DNA from: Octopus bimaculoides
Lineage: Eukaryota
Reading direction: 5' to 3'
Length of the DNA stretch: 64,000 nucleotides
NCBI RefSeq assembly: GCF_001194135.2
Contig: NC_068989.1
Coordinates: 49,034,817-49,098,816 of the forward strand
The position numbers were made by a program, and so were the translations under genes. Shown piece by piece: positions 1 through 12,422 of the stretch; within the stretch, counting starts at the first letter, position 1, and every line of letters begins with the position of its first letter. The notes under the pieces are model-generated. The model was given only the letters and a program-made list of their open reading frames with translations. It was not told the DNA's origin and searched no databases.

Positions 1-612
1 TCCCTCATCTGCTCCAGGCTTATTCAAATACTTTAGCATCTTTACTTTAGGATCTGTACAAGATGGATTATTCAGCAGCAAGGCTCTTTTATGATGATGA
101 ACTGATGCTGAAGTCATTGTTATTGGCCTTATAGTATTTGCTTGCTCTACCTACTAACTGAAAGCTTTCCCTTTTACCAACTCAGTAAAGATTAGTTGCT
201 TTGAAAGTCATTTGTCATGCATTCAGGAACTGTAAGTAGACCAGTACAGTTGGGATCTGCAGGGAAGAGTGTAGATACTAGGCAATATTATGCAACTGAA
301 GTGGTCAGTGTCTGGAGCCTTGTCTCACCAATGAATGTGCAATATTTTGTCTACACAATTCAAATGAAATCCTTTTGACATACTATAAACAGTTTACATC
401 TCATTGATATATTTCACTAATGCCAATCAAACAAATTATTCAATTTTTTAGCATAATGTTGTTACCCATATCAGCAAATGCCATCAGACCAGCCAAATCA
501 CTCAATGAATATCTGGCAGTAAAAAAAATGTAAATTTGTTTTAAAAAAAAATTGATACTGTATGTAATTTTACGGGCAACAACCAGGGTTGTCCTTGCAA
601 CATTATAACTAA

Positions 613-932
613 TGGCACTCTGTCAGTTATGATGACAATAGTTCCAGCTGATCCAATCAATGAAAGAGCCTGCTAGTAGAATTAACATGCAAGCAGCAGA
701 GCACTCCACAGATACACATACCCTTAACATATTTCTCAGGGAGATTCAGCATGATACAGAATGTGATAAGGATGGCCATTTGTATTACTGTTACTACTCA
801 TTTTTGCTAGCTGAGTGGAAGGTGATTGGCTTAATGGCTAAGGTATTCAGCTCGCAATCATAAGGTCATGAGTTTAGTTCCTGGTGGCATGTTGCGTCCT
901 TGAGTAAGACACTTTATTTCACATTTGCTCCA
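613..932 (-). mobile_element. tRNA-headed SINE (family A) with inverted 5' head and 12-bp TSD
   Basis: 613-819 matches the body of the intact copy at 23553-23874 in the same orientation; 818-932 matches that copy's head in reverse complement. GCAACATTATAA occurs at both 597-608 and 933-944. Confidence 0.85.
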
Positions 933-1557
933 GCAACATTATAAGTCCTTGGGCAAATCAAAGCACTGGACCCTATGGTATTAATTTAATGACAGCATGC
1001 AACAACACAAATACACTGGAACTCCCCAAGATTCATAAGGCCCTTAGGCAACTGTCCAGTGTGCTCATGCCTTAAGGCACTGACAACAACCCAAAATAAA
1101 AAGGTTTACTCATGTAACACATTAATACTCACAATTCTAAGCATTGTCTCTGAGATACTTCACTGTCAATAATGTCATTTTCTCAAAGTAAAGTAGATTT
1201 CTTTAAAGTACTGGAAATGTTTAACCTCAAGAATACTAATGACACTTTACGAAACCTAAATACGTCTTTGTATGGAGTATTCTTATCATAATTATTATGT
1301 TAATCAACCTCAGAGCATTGTTACTATTGACTGAATATAAAATATGTAATCTCCTCAATAAATCTACCATTACTGATAACCATCCATCTGTGTCATGACA
1401 TTGCAGCAAATCCGATCATTGATTCTTCCGTAGCTTATTATTATATTAGATTTTGCTGTTCAAAGTAGCTTGGTTAAACTCAGCTTATGTTCAAAACTAA
1501 TTTCTTGCATACTGTCCCTTCACACAAAGCCCAGGGAAGAAGAAAGACACACACCAT

Positions 1558-1760
1558 TAACTCTTTAGCATTTAATCCAGTCATATCAAGCCCAAATATT
1601 CTACCGGTTTTATGTTCAAAGTGGCCAGATCTGGTCTCTCACACCTACAGTACAATAACATTCTAAAAGTATGCAATTACATCATTAAATCTCAAAGTTA
1701 TGAGATAATGCATGATTAATTCAAAACTATGTGAATAAATAAGCATTATATTTGAGAGAC
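1558..1760. mobile_element. piggyBac-type MITE, partial (right end missing)
   Basis: Starts TTAACTCTTTAGCATT; body aligns with the complete copies at 33454-33668 and 54463-54683. Confidence 0.75.
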
Positions 1761-3559
1761 TAAACTACCAAAAAAATGTTGAAATAGACTGAATTTTTGT
1801 TATGTAACTTTGATTCCACATTTTGTCCAAGTGAGGAATCTAATAGTGAAAGTCACCTCGAGATTGGTGCCATAAAAAGAAAAATCTTATTAGGTAAAAA
1901 CTGGTCAAATTGGAGGTGGATTAATAACTGATATTGTATTCAAATCATCATATATATGTTATTTTAAATGACAATTTAATATAGTTCAGATTTCTTAAAA
2001 GATCTAAACGAGAGGAATCTAATACTGAAAACTGCCTCAAAGTGGTGCCACTGAAAAGCAAAACCTAGTAAAGTGACAATCAGTGAAATTTCTTCAGGTT
2101 TCGCCTTGAATTTTAAAAGATACATTTCGGTTTTGTACAGCATAGGAAGTCACCAGTCTGATTTCTTTATTTCTATCTCTCTTATCCCAAATATTACTGC
2201 ATTACACAGATCTCTAACTTTTCAACTGATCATGAGCAAAGCAAATTATTTAGATATAAGAATGAAAAGAAATCTCAGAATATAAAGACATTTAATTTTC
2301 CTCCATTCAGTATCAACATTTCATGCCTGTCATTAAAATTACTAATCATATTTTAAATTATATATAATTACATATTATTTATTCTGAACTTTATAGCTTG
2401 AGTCTCTTGAGACTAAAACTTGGTGTGAACTTTTGGAAATATGCTAAATTATAAAACTTCGGAACCATAAGAAGTAAGAAGCATGACAAGACATAATAGT
2501 AACGACGACAATAAATGTATAAGTGTGCGTGTGTGTGTGTGCATGCATGCATGTGCATATGCGTGTGTGTGAAGGCTGGAGTGTAAGTATTAATGTTCAG
2601 AAATAAAGTAATGTGAAATGTAAAAGATGCTTTTGAGAATATCAAGAATTAATTAGTTCTTGATATTGTTGAAATGTTAAAATGGGAAAAAATATATTAA
2701 AGGAAAAAGAGAAAAGGAAGAAAGAACAATCTGATCAATAATTAACCAATCAAATCAGAGTATCGACCCAAACCTGACCTTTAACACAATGTCAGAAAAA
2801 AAAAACGAAAAAAAAAAACAAGCATGTTTCGCTCATTATTTACATGTGTGTTTGCGTATGTATATGAAGTATTGAGTCTGTGACATTGCAGTATTTTAGA
2901 ATCCAATTAGATAGTTGTCAGAGCCCTGGCAGGTAACATACCTGCTTACTCTCTTCCTCTCACTCTCTCTTTCTTTGATCCTATTTAATTATTTGAAAAT
3001 AGTTGTAAAAAATATAATAGAAAGGGTAAGGTCATGTAGAGCACAAAATGTTGGGTAAATTAGTAGTAATGGCAAATGAGAAAGACAAGAACTAGAAAAA
3101 TACAAGATAGAGTTGAAATTTGCTTACCAGGAATGAAGAAAAAAAAAAAAATTTCCTGAGTTATTAGTAGTAAAAACTAATTTCATTTTGGAATATTTTT
3201 ACTCATTTTTATGCATTTAGTTTTGTATATAAGTCATGTTTGCACAAGGCCTCAGCATCTGCTTAAATTGCAAATGATTGCTATTTAAAGGCTAATAATT
3301 ACTTCCACATTTAAAAAAAAAAAGAAAGAATTAATGAAAGTACTAGAGGTTGCCATGGAAATAATTAGGATGAGCTCCAACTATGTTGACTTGTGAGTCG
3401 GTAATGCTGAGATCCATATCTTCTCTCAGTTCACTGAATTTGGTCTAAATTTATATGGTCATTATATAAATGCTTATATTGGTACCATCAAACTCACTCT
3501 TGTTTCATTTTCCTCATCACCTTTGTCAACTTTTTCTTACCCCACCTTATAACTCACAT

Positions 3560-4400
3560 GCACCATCTCCCCAACTTCTGTCACCTTTCTAAACATTTCC
3601 ATTCACCACCCAATTTTACTGTTACCATTTCAGTTTTCTCTGAAATCACCGACTCCGCCTGCTACCTTAATTTTACACCATCCCATCCTGTTCCACTTTT
3701 AACAAACTTGCTAGACCTAATCCCAATGTCTTCACCTCTGCAGCCATGACACTAACTTTAAAATTCACTTTGTCCAATATGCTGAACTGTAGTCAACACT
3801 GCCCACATCTCCAACCTTTTGTCCAGTGTCTCATCCACCATCAACTGTTTACTTTCCCTTCACTTACAGTCCTCACATCACCTTTCCAGTGCACAATTCT
3901 ATGTCAGTGCTGGCTCTTCCAATTCTCACCTCGTCTCCTTTCATCAGCCACTCCCCTCCTGTAAATGTACTAGCAATCTGCATCACTTACTGGTTCACAA
4001 CTCCCCCAACCTTCCGCACAGCAAATGCAAATCCATCTTTTGTTTGTCCTCCATTGTATATTCCTCCTGTGCCTACCATTCTCACAGCACCTAACAACTC
4101 TTCCTTCCATGTCATGGGCCAATTAATGTCTACTACCAGGAATCTCATTTATTTCACCAAATGCTGACTATATGATCAGCTGTAAGTAGATATCTAGTCA
4201 ACAGGTTTCATAAATACCTTCAGGATGTCCAACAATACAATGCTGTATCAATAGCAACCTGCCACATTCATTCACTTTACATATTTCTTTGCACCTCTCC
4301 ATCTTCAATACTATCCATCATCACAGTTCCAGGTAACAATGTAAACAACTTATTCTCCACCTCAGAACAACACAACCAAGTCGATTAAGCAATGAACTTG
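3560..4400 (+). mobile_element. Old Penelope-like element fragment (RT C-terminus to GIY-YIG), heavily decayed
   Basis: Translated patches TDSACYLNFTPSHP (cf. PLE TDxHxYLxxxSxHP), NLHHLLVH, and MSTTRNLIYFTKC*LYDQL*V (cf. GIY-YIG CxSxNLIYxIxC..LYVG); many stops and frameshifts. Confidence 0.6.
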
Positions 4401-6230
4401 CTTTCCTCTAACTACATACATCCACACATACACTCCAATGTACCGACACATACCAATATACATGACACAATATGTTGTTCCATTTTTAACAGCTATGTAC
4501 AAACCACATTTCACTGCATACGTCACATCTCATGATTGCCATTTAAAGGCCAACAATATGCATGAGTGCATACATGTGTATGTATGGGTGTGTACATCTG
4601 TATGCATGAGTGTTTACATGAACACAAGTTAATATAAAATGTGGGGTTAGGTTTATGCTGAATCCCTTTATGTTTGACAACTTTGCAGATAGAGATGGAT
4701 AAAATACCAGACTACAGTAAGTATTGGGTAAAGACTTTAAAGATGGTGCCCCATCATGGCTGTGGTTCAATAACTGAGAATAAAAGAATGAATATAGTCT
4801 TTTAGTTATTTTTATTTACATATCAACAGAGAAATAACTAAAATAAAATGGAGAGAGAGAAAGGTGGTTTATAGGTGCTTCAAAGACTTTTTACTAGGAG
4901 TGAAAGTTTAGCTCTAGTTTCATGATATTAGATAAGAGATAAAGCTCCCATTGGACAGTTTATCATAGGCAATAATTCCTCCTGACAGCAAGGGGAAACA
5001 CAATAACATGCATTACATGAATCAATCTATAATCTAAGATTTTATTTATCTATATGTAGATATTTTTGCCTACATGCATATATAGATGACTGAATATAAA
5101 TATACATGACTATGTAGCTGCAAGTAATTTTGGAAGTAATTTCCTTCAAAAACACACACACAAAAAAAAAAAAAAATTTAAACCCAGTAAGTACATAATA
5201 ATTAGTTTAATTTTATACTTTCTTAAAATTAGTTGTCAGCCAAAGAAATGTAGTCTGCATGATTAGTGCAATTTCCAGTACTGGTCATGAGTACACTGGG
5301 TCACTCATGGATCTATGGATCCAGTGCTAATCTGCTGTGACTAGCTGGCAATAAATAATTGTAGGGCCCTCTTTGCTTTGCTTCTGCTACTGTTAAGAAA
5401 GCCCTGCCCATGAACTACTCAGCTAAAGGGCTCCTATGCCAGACACTGTTGAAGGTTTTGGTGATGTAAGGTTTTATAACAATGCACCAAATGCTGACCA
5501 TATGATCAGTTGTAAGTAGATATCTAGTCAACAAGTTTCATAAATACCTTCAAGATGTCCAACAATACAATGCTGGGTCACTAGCAACCTGCCACATAAA
5601 TGTTTTTAAAGGTAAGAAAATATTGATGCATGACATAAAGAGAGCAAATTTCTTGTAGACCTGGCTCAATGGAAACAGCACTGGCAGTCATTGAAAAGGG
5701 AAATGCAATGATAATAAATGATGTGCAACAAAGTATTTTGATAAGAATGATGTGCACTCAATTAATTCAGTCATTAACATATTGTCAGTATTTATGTTAA
5801 CAGTACCAGCTGTATGAAAAGCAAAACAAATTTATCCCCCGCTCTCAGTCAATTGTGAAACTAGAATCACAAATTAATGCATCTTGGCTCAATTCTTCAT
5901 CACCGTCTGCTGCAACAATTCCACCAACCCTGTGATTTACATTAACATATAATGCCAAAAGCAATGGACCATTATAATGTGCTAGACAACAGATTAAGAG
6001 ATAGCGTTTGATATATTTTACATAAACACACAAACATACATATATACATATGCACTTAAACATATATATACACTATGTGTTTCTAGTGAACTGAGTATAA
6101 TAGATGCTTTAATTAAAAACTGAATAAACACCACTTCAACAATAAATAAACAAACAAAAGACAATAGCACATAAAACAGCCATAGAAGACATGGTTGATT
6201 ACTCAACAGTTAAAATACTGAAGACAAAAC

Positions 6231-6270
<40 letters not shown>

Positions 6271-7191
6271 CTTTAATGGTTCAGAAAGAACTTCTTTACT
6301 AAAGGGTATAATAAAATCATATAGTTTACAAATAAAAGGACACTTTCATTGCTGATGCAGAAAGGTGTGAGGTAATTAGTGTAAAAAAAAAATGTTTTCA
6401 AGATAACCACAAATGTTAGATGTAATATAAAATAATAAAAGTAATTTGATAGTGAATTATATTGCAGTTTCAGTTAAGATATTAAAAATGAGATGACTGA
6501 CTAAGTGAATGAGTGTTTTTATCTTCAGAAAAGAACCTCAAATTATTATTCTGTCATAACCATTCCATTGGTATTTTAATCAGAAAAAGTCAAATGTCTG
6601 CAAAGACTTAACTGGTAACCCCCCCCCCCCCAAAAAAAAATCCAAACTATACAAAAATACAATACAATAAGAGGGGAAAGTATTGATGAAAACTATACAA
6701 CTAATTAAAAATGAAGGATGGATGTGAATGCTCCTTCATTTGTAAGGCATTACATTTACAGAGTAAAAGATACAGATGAAGACAGAAATAATAAAATGAA
6801 AAGTATAGAAAAAAAAAGAACAAGGAAAAAATAATGGTTAAAGTTGGATTGCAATTACACTTTTGTTATTTGCTTCTTCATCTCTTTAGCAGCTGTCAGT
6901 AAAGATGAAGCTCGGAAAAAAAGAAAGAAAAAAACATTCAGGTTGTGTGTATAATATATTAAATTCACACAAGTATGCCTTTACAATGTTTACAAGTTCT
7001 GCAGCTTCTACAATTTAAGTTTTGAACATTTACATTGTATGTAGGAGGATATAGGTTTGGAGAAAGTAGTGAGGTAATGTCTAGATAATGCTATAGTTAT
7101 TACAATAATACTGTATTGCAAACATACATATTTGTGTGTGTCTGTGTGTGTATAAAGAGAGAGAGAGATAGATAGATATGGAAACGTCTAC

Positions 7192-7514
7192 TCTGTGGTA
7201 CTCTGTTCTGTTGGTTATGATGATGAGTGTTCCAATTGATCTGGTCAACAGAACAACCTGCTCATAAAATTAACGTGCAAGTGGCAGAGCACTCCACAAA
7301 CATGCATACCTTTAATGTAGTTTTCAGGGAGACTGAACGTGACACACAATGTGACAAAGTTAACTCACTGAATTACAAATACAAAACACTTTTGTCAGCT
7401 GAGTGGACTGGAACAACATGTTCAGGGACAGAATGTGCAGCCAGATATCAAACTCATGACCTTACATTACAATTGTGAACCAAATACTGTAACCACCAAG
7501 CCATGAACCTTCAC
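7192..7514 (-). mobile_element. tRNA-headed SINE family A copy
   Basis: Collinear with 23553-23874 (GCAAGTGGCAGAGCACTCCACA core). Confidence 0.85.
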
Positions 7515-8077
7515 ATATATGATATATATATATATGGAGAGAGAAAGAGAAAGAGGGGTGGTAGAGAGACTCAGAGATGAAGTAAGTATTTATGAATTAA
7601 CTGATTTGGTAAATGAAATCAAGTGTCCCGTTTTGATGAGAGAAAGCTGGAACAGAGTTTGGTCAAAACTTTCCCCAAACTTTACCACTTTACCCATCAA
7701 AAAAAAAAAAAAAGACTTCGTATATCTTCCTAATTATGTAAATTAAAATAACTTAGAATAAAGAGACCTATCAAGAATTAAAACTAAACGGCTGTATCAG
7801 ATTAAAATTTTCAACAATAAGTCATTGACTTATACATTTTGCTTCTAAATGCCCACATATATTCTGCCTTTATGCACATGTATATATATGTTTAGTGCTG
7901 TTGTTAGTTTTGTACTATGGCTTCATTCTTGTGTCTAGATACCTGAACAAAGTGATCTTAGAAGCCTTTCACATACATAGTGTTCTAAATGATATCCCAT
8001 AAGTATGCCAAGCACTTTGTTTTACATACACACATGAAAAAAATCCAGCATCCAAAAACACCTTTTATTCCATTCGT

Positions 8078-8383
8078 TCATGTATTCACATCTGCTTCTC
8101 CATGACAACATGAGTTAGGTGAATATATATTATTTAGACATTGTTTCACTGATGGATGTGCCACCAATCTTTGTTTTTCATATATTTTCTTCAACTTTTC
8201 TCTAAAGAAACTTATGTAAGTCTGCACCAATGGGGAAGATGAAGGGATATCCCAGAATATGATTCCTGATAGGAGTTGTGCAGCTTCCAAGTTACAGAGA
8301 TGACTGGAGCACAATTTCATCTCTGAGACAGAAAACAGATACTCAGGAATTGTTATCTTGTACATATTTGTGAAAACATCAGC
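8078..8383 (-). CDS. Candidate terminal coding exon of an unidentified gene (101 aa, ADVFTNMYK...GEADVNT*)
   Basis: Non-repetitive open frame starting directly after TAATTACAG and ending TGA; AATAAA lies 9 nt after the stop (8069-8064). No protein family recognised, and a frame this long can arise by chance. Confidence 0.35.
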   Translation of the reverse strand, partial: ADVFTNMYKITIPEYLFSVSEMKLCSSHLCNLEAAQLLSGIIFWDIPSSSPLVQTYISFFREKLKKIYEKQRLVAHPSVKQCLNNIYSPNSCCHGEADVNT

Positions 8384-8489
8384 CTGTAATTAACCTGCTA
8401 TCAACCTACTAAGGCAAGTGGCACTAACTGTGACAACAAGTAAAAATCAATATTCATAATGTACACCAACAATCATGACATCCTCTCAC

Positions 8490-8578
8490 CATCTTCCATT
8501 CAAATTCATGCAATAGATATATTTCCATGATTTTTCTACTAGACTGAAGGCATTTTCATCAAAATCTCTGGTTTCTAA
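8490..8578 (-). CDS. Candidate internal exon (LETRDFDENAFSLVEKSWKYIYCMNLNGR)
   Basis: Pyrimidine-rich acceptor TTTTCTCTATTTAAATCTTTCAG, donor TG/GTGAGA, open in phase 0. It ends in phase 2, which does not fit the next candidate. Confidence 0.25.
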
Positions 8579-8791
8579 CTGAAAGATTTAAATAGAGAAA
8601 ATACAACAGAAATTTATGAGTTAAATCACTGCAGTCAAGTATTTTCTAAACACAGTAGGAATACAACCAGCAATGAAAATACTGAATATTTTTCTTATAT
8701 CTGAAAAAAGTTATATCAACATAAGTGAGATAAAAACATGCCAAAAATCAAATGAGATATCTGTTTGTTATCAGCTCTATAGAGTTCTTAC

Positions 8792-8854
8792 CAGAGGGGA
8801 AGCTCGTGTTTTTCCAAGCATACTAACAATGTCAGTGAAAGAAAACTGTTCCAA
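8792..8854 (-). CDS. Candidate internal exon (LEQFSFTDIVSMLGKTRASPL)
   Basis: Donor CTG/GTAAGA, acceptor TATTAG, 63 nt, phase 0-0. Confidence 0.2.
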
Positions 8855-9557
8855 CTAATATTCAAAACTAGATTGCCAAGAAATTACTGCTCTGCCATAT
8901 AAATAATCTAGAATTTATATAAATGTTATGAATGTACAGACATAACAAAGCAAAGACAGAATGACAGAAATAATGTATATATATGTTATATTTATATAAA
9001 TAAAAACTAATACAAAATTTTTTTAAAATTGTTCTTAAAAACTAATTTCTAAAAAAGCACAAACATATACAACTAAAAAAAGTCAGACAACTACTGTACT
9101 GCTATAACTTCATTAAAATACTTATTGTCAAAGAAATAACATAATCAATATTAATATCCAATTAATAACAAAACTTGATGAGAAAATTAGAATTGACAAT
9201 CAATTCTCACAGTTTTATCTTAATAATAAAAACAAATCTCAAAAATTAGACGATAATTTGCAAACTGAACAATTTCTAAGACTAAATTAACCTTATATGT
9301 CTGTATTTCTAAGACAAGTTATTAATAGCATACTAAGCATTGATTGGACTATTAACCTCCTCTTTATTTCTTTCTTGTGTTTTTTTTTTTGCTTTCAATT
9401 TATACTTCATTTTAATCAATATCTTCTCCAAGCATCTTTTGGAGCCATATTATTACTCATATTCATCCATACATAGACACACACATACATGTGTGTTTGT
9501 TGCATCTAAAGATTGTGAGAGGATATAGTGATTGGGAAAATGTGTAAATAGAAACAC

Positions 9558-9650
9558 CAAATATGAGCTGAATAACTTGGCCAAAGTGACAAAAGTCAAT
9601 TGATTCTCTAGTTCCTTTAAATCAACGAACTCAGTTAAGGTGGCAGAATG
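9558..9650 (-). CDS. Candidate internal exon (HSATLTEFVDLKELENQLTFVTLAKLFSSYL)
   Basis: 93 nt, phase 0-0, acceptor CAACAG, weak donor TTG/GTGTTT; helical-looking peptide. Confidence 0.2.
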
Positions 9651-10275
9651 CTGTTGATGGATTGTATAACATAAACACATTACAGTTTACAATATTTCTG
9701 TTGAGAATATTTATTTCAAACACAGAGACCAGATAATATGCTTGTAATGGCTCAACTTACTAATGATACAATATGTAAAATTCCATGAAGATGAACTCAT
9801 CGAAACAAAAAAAGAACAAAAAGAAAATTATATTATGTATTTAACACACAAAAATACACACAGCATATGTATTCTAATTTTTCAAATAGATACATGCATC
9901 CCTTCACATTGTCACAGGTGACTAAAAGAATTAGCATCAGAAAGGGCATTCAATGGTAAAACATTGCCTCAAAAGAATGTTACCTAATCCTTATCAGCAT
10001 AGAAAAGCAGTCATAAAAATAAGGATGATTTGGTTACACACACACACACACACACACATGTGTGATGTAATGGAAGTCTCTTGTAGTCTGAGAAAGACAG
10101 TTCTGCAATTTCTTGCTGAACAACCAATACCAATGATGAGAAAATTAGAACTGACAATCAATTCTCACAGTTTTATCCTAATAATAAAAACAAATCTCAA
10201 AAATTAGACGATAATTTGCAAACTGAACAGTTTCAAAGACTAAATTAACTGAATATGTCTGTAATTAACCTGCTA

Positions 10276-10478
10276 CATTAGCTTACTCTCACCATCAAAT
10301 CGACGTTGTCTGAACAGGTGCACAGTGTACCACACATCAAGTGTCAAAGCGATCACAGAGCAAGGTGATATGAATTGTTTCGCTCAAGAATGCAATACAG
10401 AACTTGGTCCACGATTTGAAACCACAGTCTTGTGATTGTGAGTGCAACATCCTAAAGACTACAACATATGCCCTTACA
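10276..10478 (-). mobile_element. SINE-like copy with tRNA-related head (family B)
   Basis: Minus strand begins GTAAGGGCATATGTTGTAGTCTTTAGGATGTTGCACTCACAATCACAAGACTGTGGTTTCAAATCG, a decayed A/B-box head resembling family A. Confidence 0.6.
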
Positions 10479-10669
10479 CACATACATAAATATATTGTAT
10501 GTATGTATTATATATATNNNNNNNNNNNNNNNNNNNNNNNNNNNNNNNNNNNNNNNNNNNNNNNNNNNNNNNNNNNNNNNNNNNNNNNNNNNNNNNNNNN
10601 NNNNNNNNNNNNNNNNNNNNNNNNNNNNNNNNNNNNNNNNNNNNNNNNNNNNNNNNNNNNNNNNNNNNN

Positions 10670-10719
<50 letters not shown>

Positions 10720-10785
10720 GCAGGAGTGGCAGCAAAAGAAAGAAAGAGACCTCGATATTATGCAAATAGAGGAATGTATCTGTAA

Positions 10786-10818
<33 letters not shown>

Positions 10819-11250
10819 CAGTTTGGGGAGTTAGGTGGCCAGATGTTAGGGCTGATGTGGTTTCAGAAATTGTCTGACAGCCATGACTAGGTTCTCCAGC
10901 TTGTGTGGCATGGTGCAGAGTCCTGTTGCCAGACAAGGTTTATCAGCAGTCACCCTCTTGACTCAAGGAAGTACTACCTCCTCCAGGTACTTGATGTAGG
11001 CCTCTGTGTTGAGTCTGAAGTCGTGTAGGAAAATCAATGGAGGCAGAACGTTACCATCAATAGTGATCACTCCAAACACCATAATGTTGACTGGATGCTT
11101 GATTTTTATCACTTTCGGTACATGTCCTCTGATTGCACTGTGAAATGTTTGTATTGGAGCTTCCAGCACGAATGCCAAGCAGTACAGCATGTCATTTCCA
11201 AATTTTTGGCAAACTGAATTGCATCAAGGTGCTGTTTTTCTCACAGACAG
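10819..11250 (-). mobile_element. Tc1/mariner transposase pseudogene fragment, DD37D (maT)-like spacing
   Basis: Minus strand translates KHPVNIMVFGVITIDGNVLPPLIF...YIKYLEEVVLP*VKRV, then after a frameshift VWQQDSAPCHTSWRT*SWLSDNF*NHISPNIWPPNSPNC; truncated by (TA)n. Confidence 0.85.
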
Positions 11251-12422
11251 TGCCCAGCTGACCCTACTATAATGTGTAGTCAACAAAATCAAAAACAAAC
11301 AACGCATATGTGTGAAATTATAAAATATAAAATGGCGACTATTTACCCATTGCATCCTGTATATATATAGAGAGGGTGGGGGAGAAATTGGTAATGTGAA
11401 AGAGAGTACAAATGCTGATAATCTTGAGATTAGCTGATGTCTCAATGGGGAATGGAGATGGAGAGAGAGAGTTGTATCTCTTGCTGTACTTTTATAGACT
11501 CTCTAGGCTATATATTTTGATTAATATACTTATTTACTGGCTTTACTGGAGCACCATGTTCAGAGATTTTAGCCTATGATAGCCACTTCAATCCTTATTT
11601 TATCAATCTCTGTTGATTGTATAGCAGATGATTTCCACAAAATTATTAGTATTGTAGATGGAGTGAATCAGCAGTTATCAAGAATCCAGATTGGATTGTG
11701 CATTTATTTTATCAAGACTTCTCTCACTACAGAATTTCCTAAAAGAAGCAAACATTAAATTTCTCTTAGAAATAATTTCTTTCAGCTAGACAATAACATC
11801 CTCAATACAAGGTTGTGCCGTTATCTTAATCAACTCTAATGTCTTACAAAGAATTATTTCATAGATTCTTATGAGAAATGAGTTCAGAATAGAAAGACAT
11901 GAAGAAAAGATGATGCAAAGAATTTCAACTATTCCTCTATTGACTGGTTATCAGTTAAATAATTAACAATATCCAGAGAAACAATTTCTCAGCAGAAGAC
12001 AGTTTTCTTAACTCATTAATTTTCTAGGTTATTTATATTTTTTTTTTTGTGTGTGTGTGTTTAAAACGTATGACTGAATATTACAGTCAATTTATCTAAT
12101 CTCACTGGAAGCACTTGTTTTATCCACTCTCAAATGACAACAGGCTAATGTTAAAATCATCAAAATTCATAATGCATGATTATTGAAAAAAACTATGGTC
12201 TAAAATCAAACACTGTCTTCTTTATACACACACATACACNNNNNNNNNNNNNNNNNNNNNNNNNNNNNNNNNNNNNNNNNNNNNNNNNNNNNNNNNNNNN
12301 NNNNNNNNNNNNNNNNNNNNNNNNNNNNNNNNNNNNNNNCACACATATATATATATACATATATACATACATATATATATATACATACACATTCACATAT
12401 ATATATATATATACATATACAC

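Noticed and set aside
660-863. Similar short ORFs at 660, 7227 and 23588 resembling a small protein family
   Set aside because: They are antisense translations of the same SINE family A body.
4527-4556. CTCATGA-TTGCC...GGCCAAC, hammerhead-like motif after the old PLE fragment
   Set aside because: Both core motifs (CUGA and GAAA) are broken; too degenerate to call.
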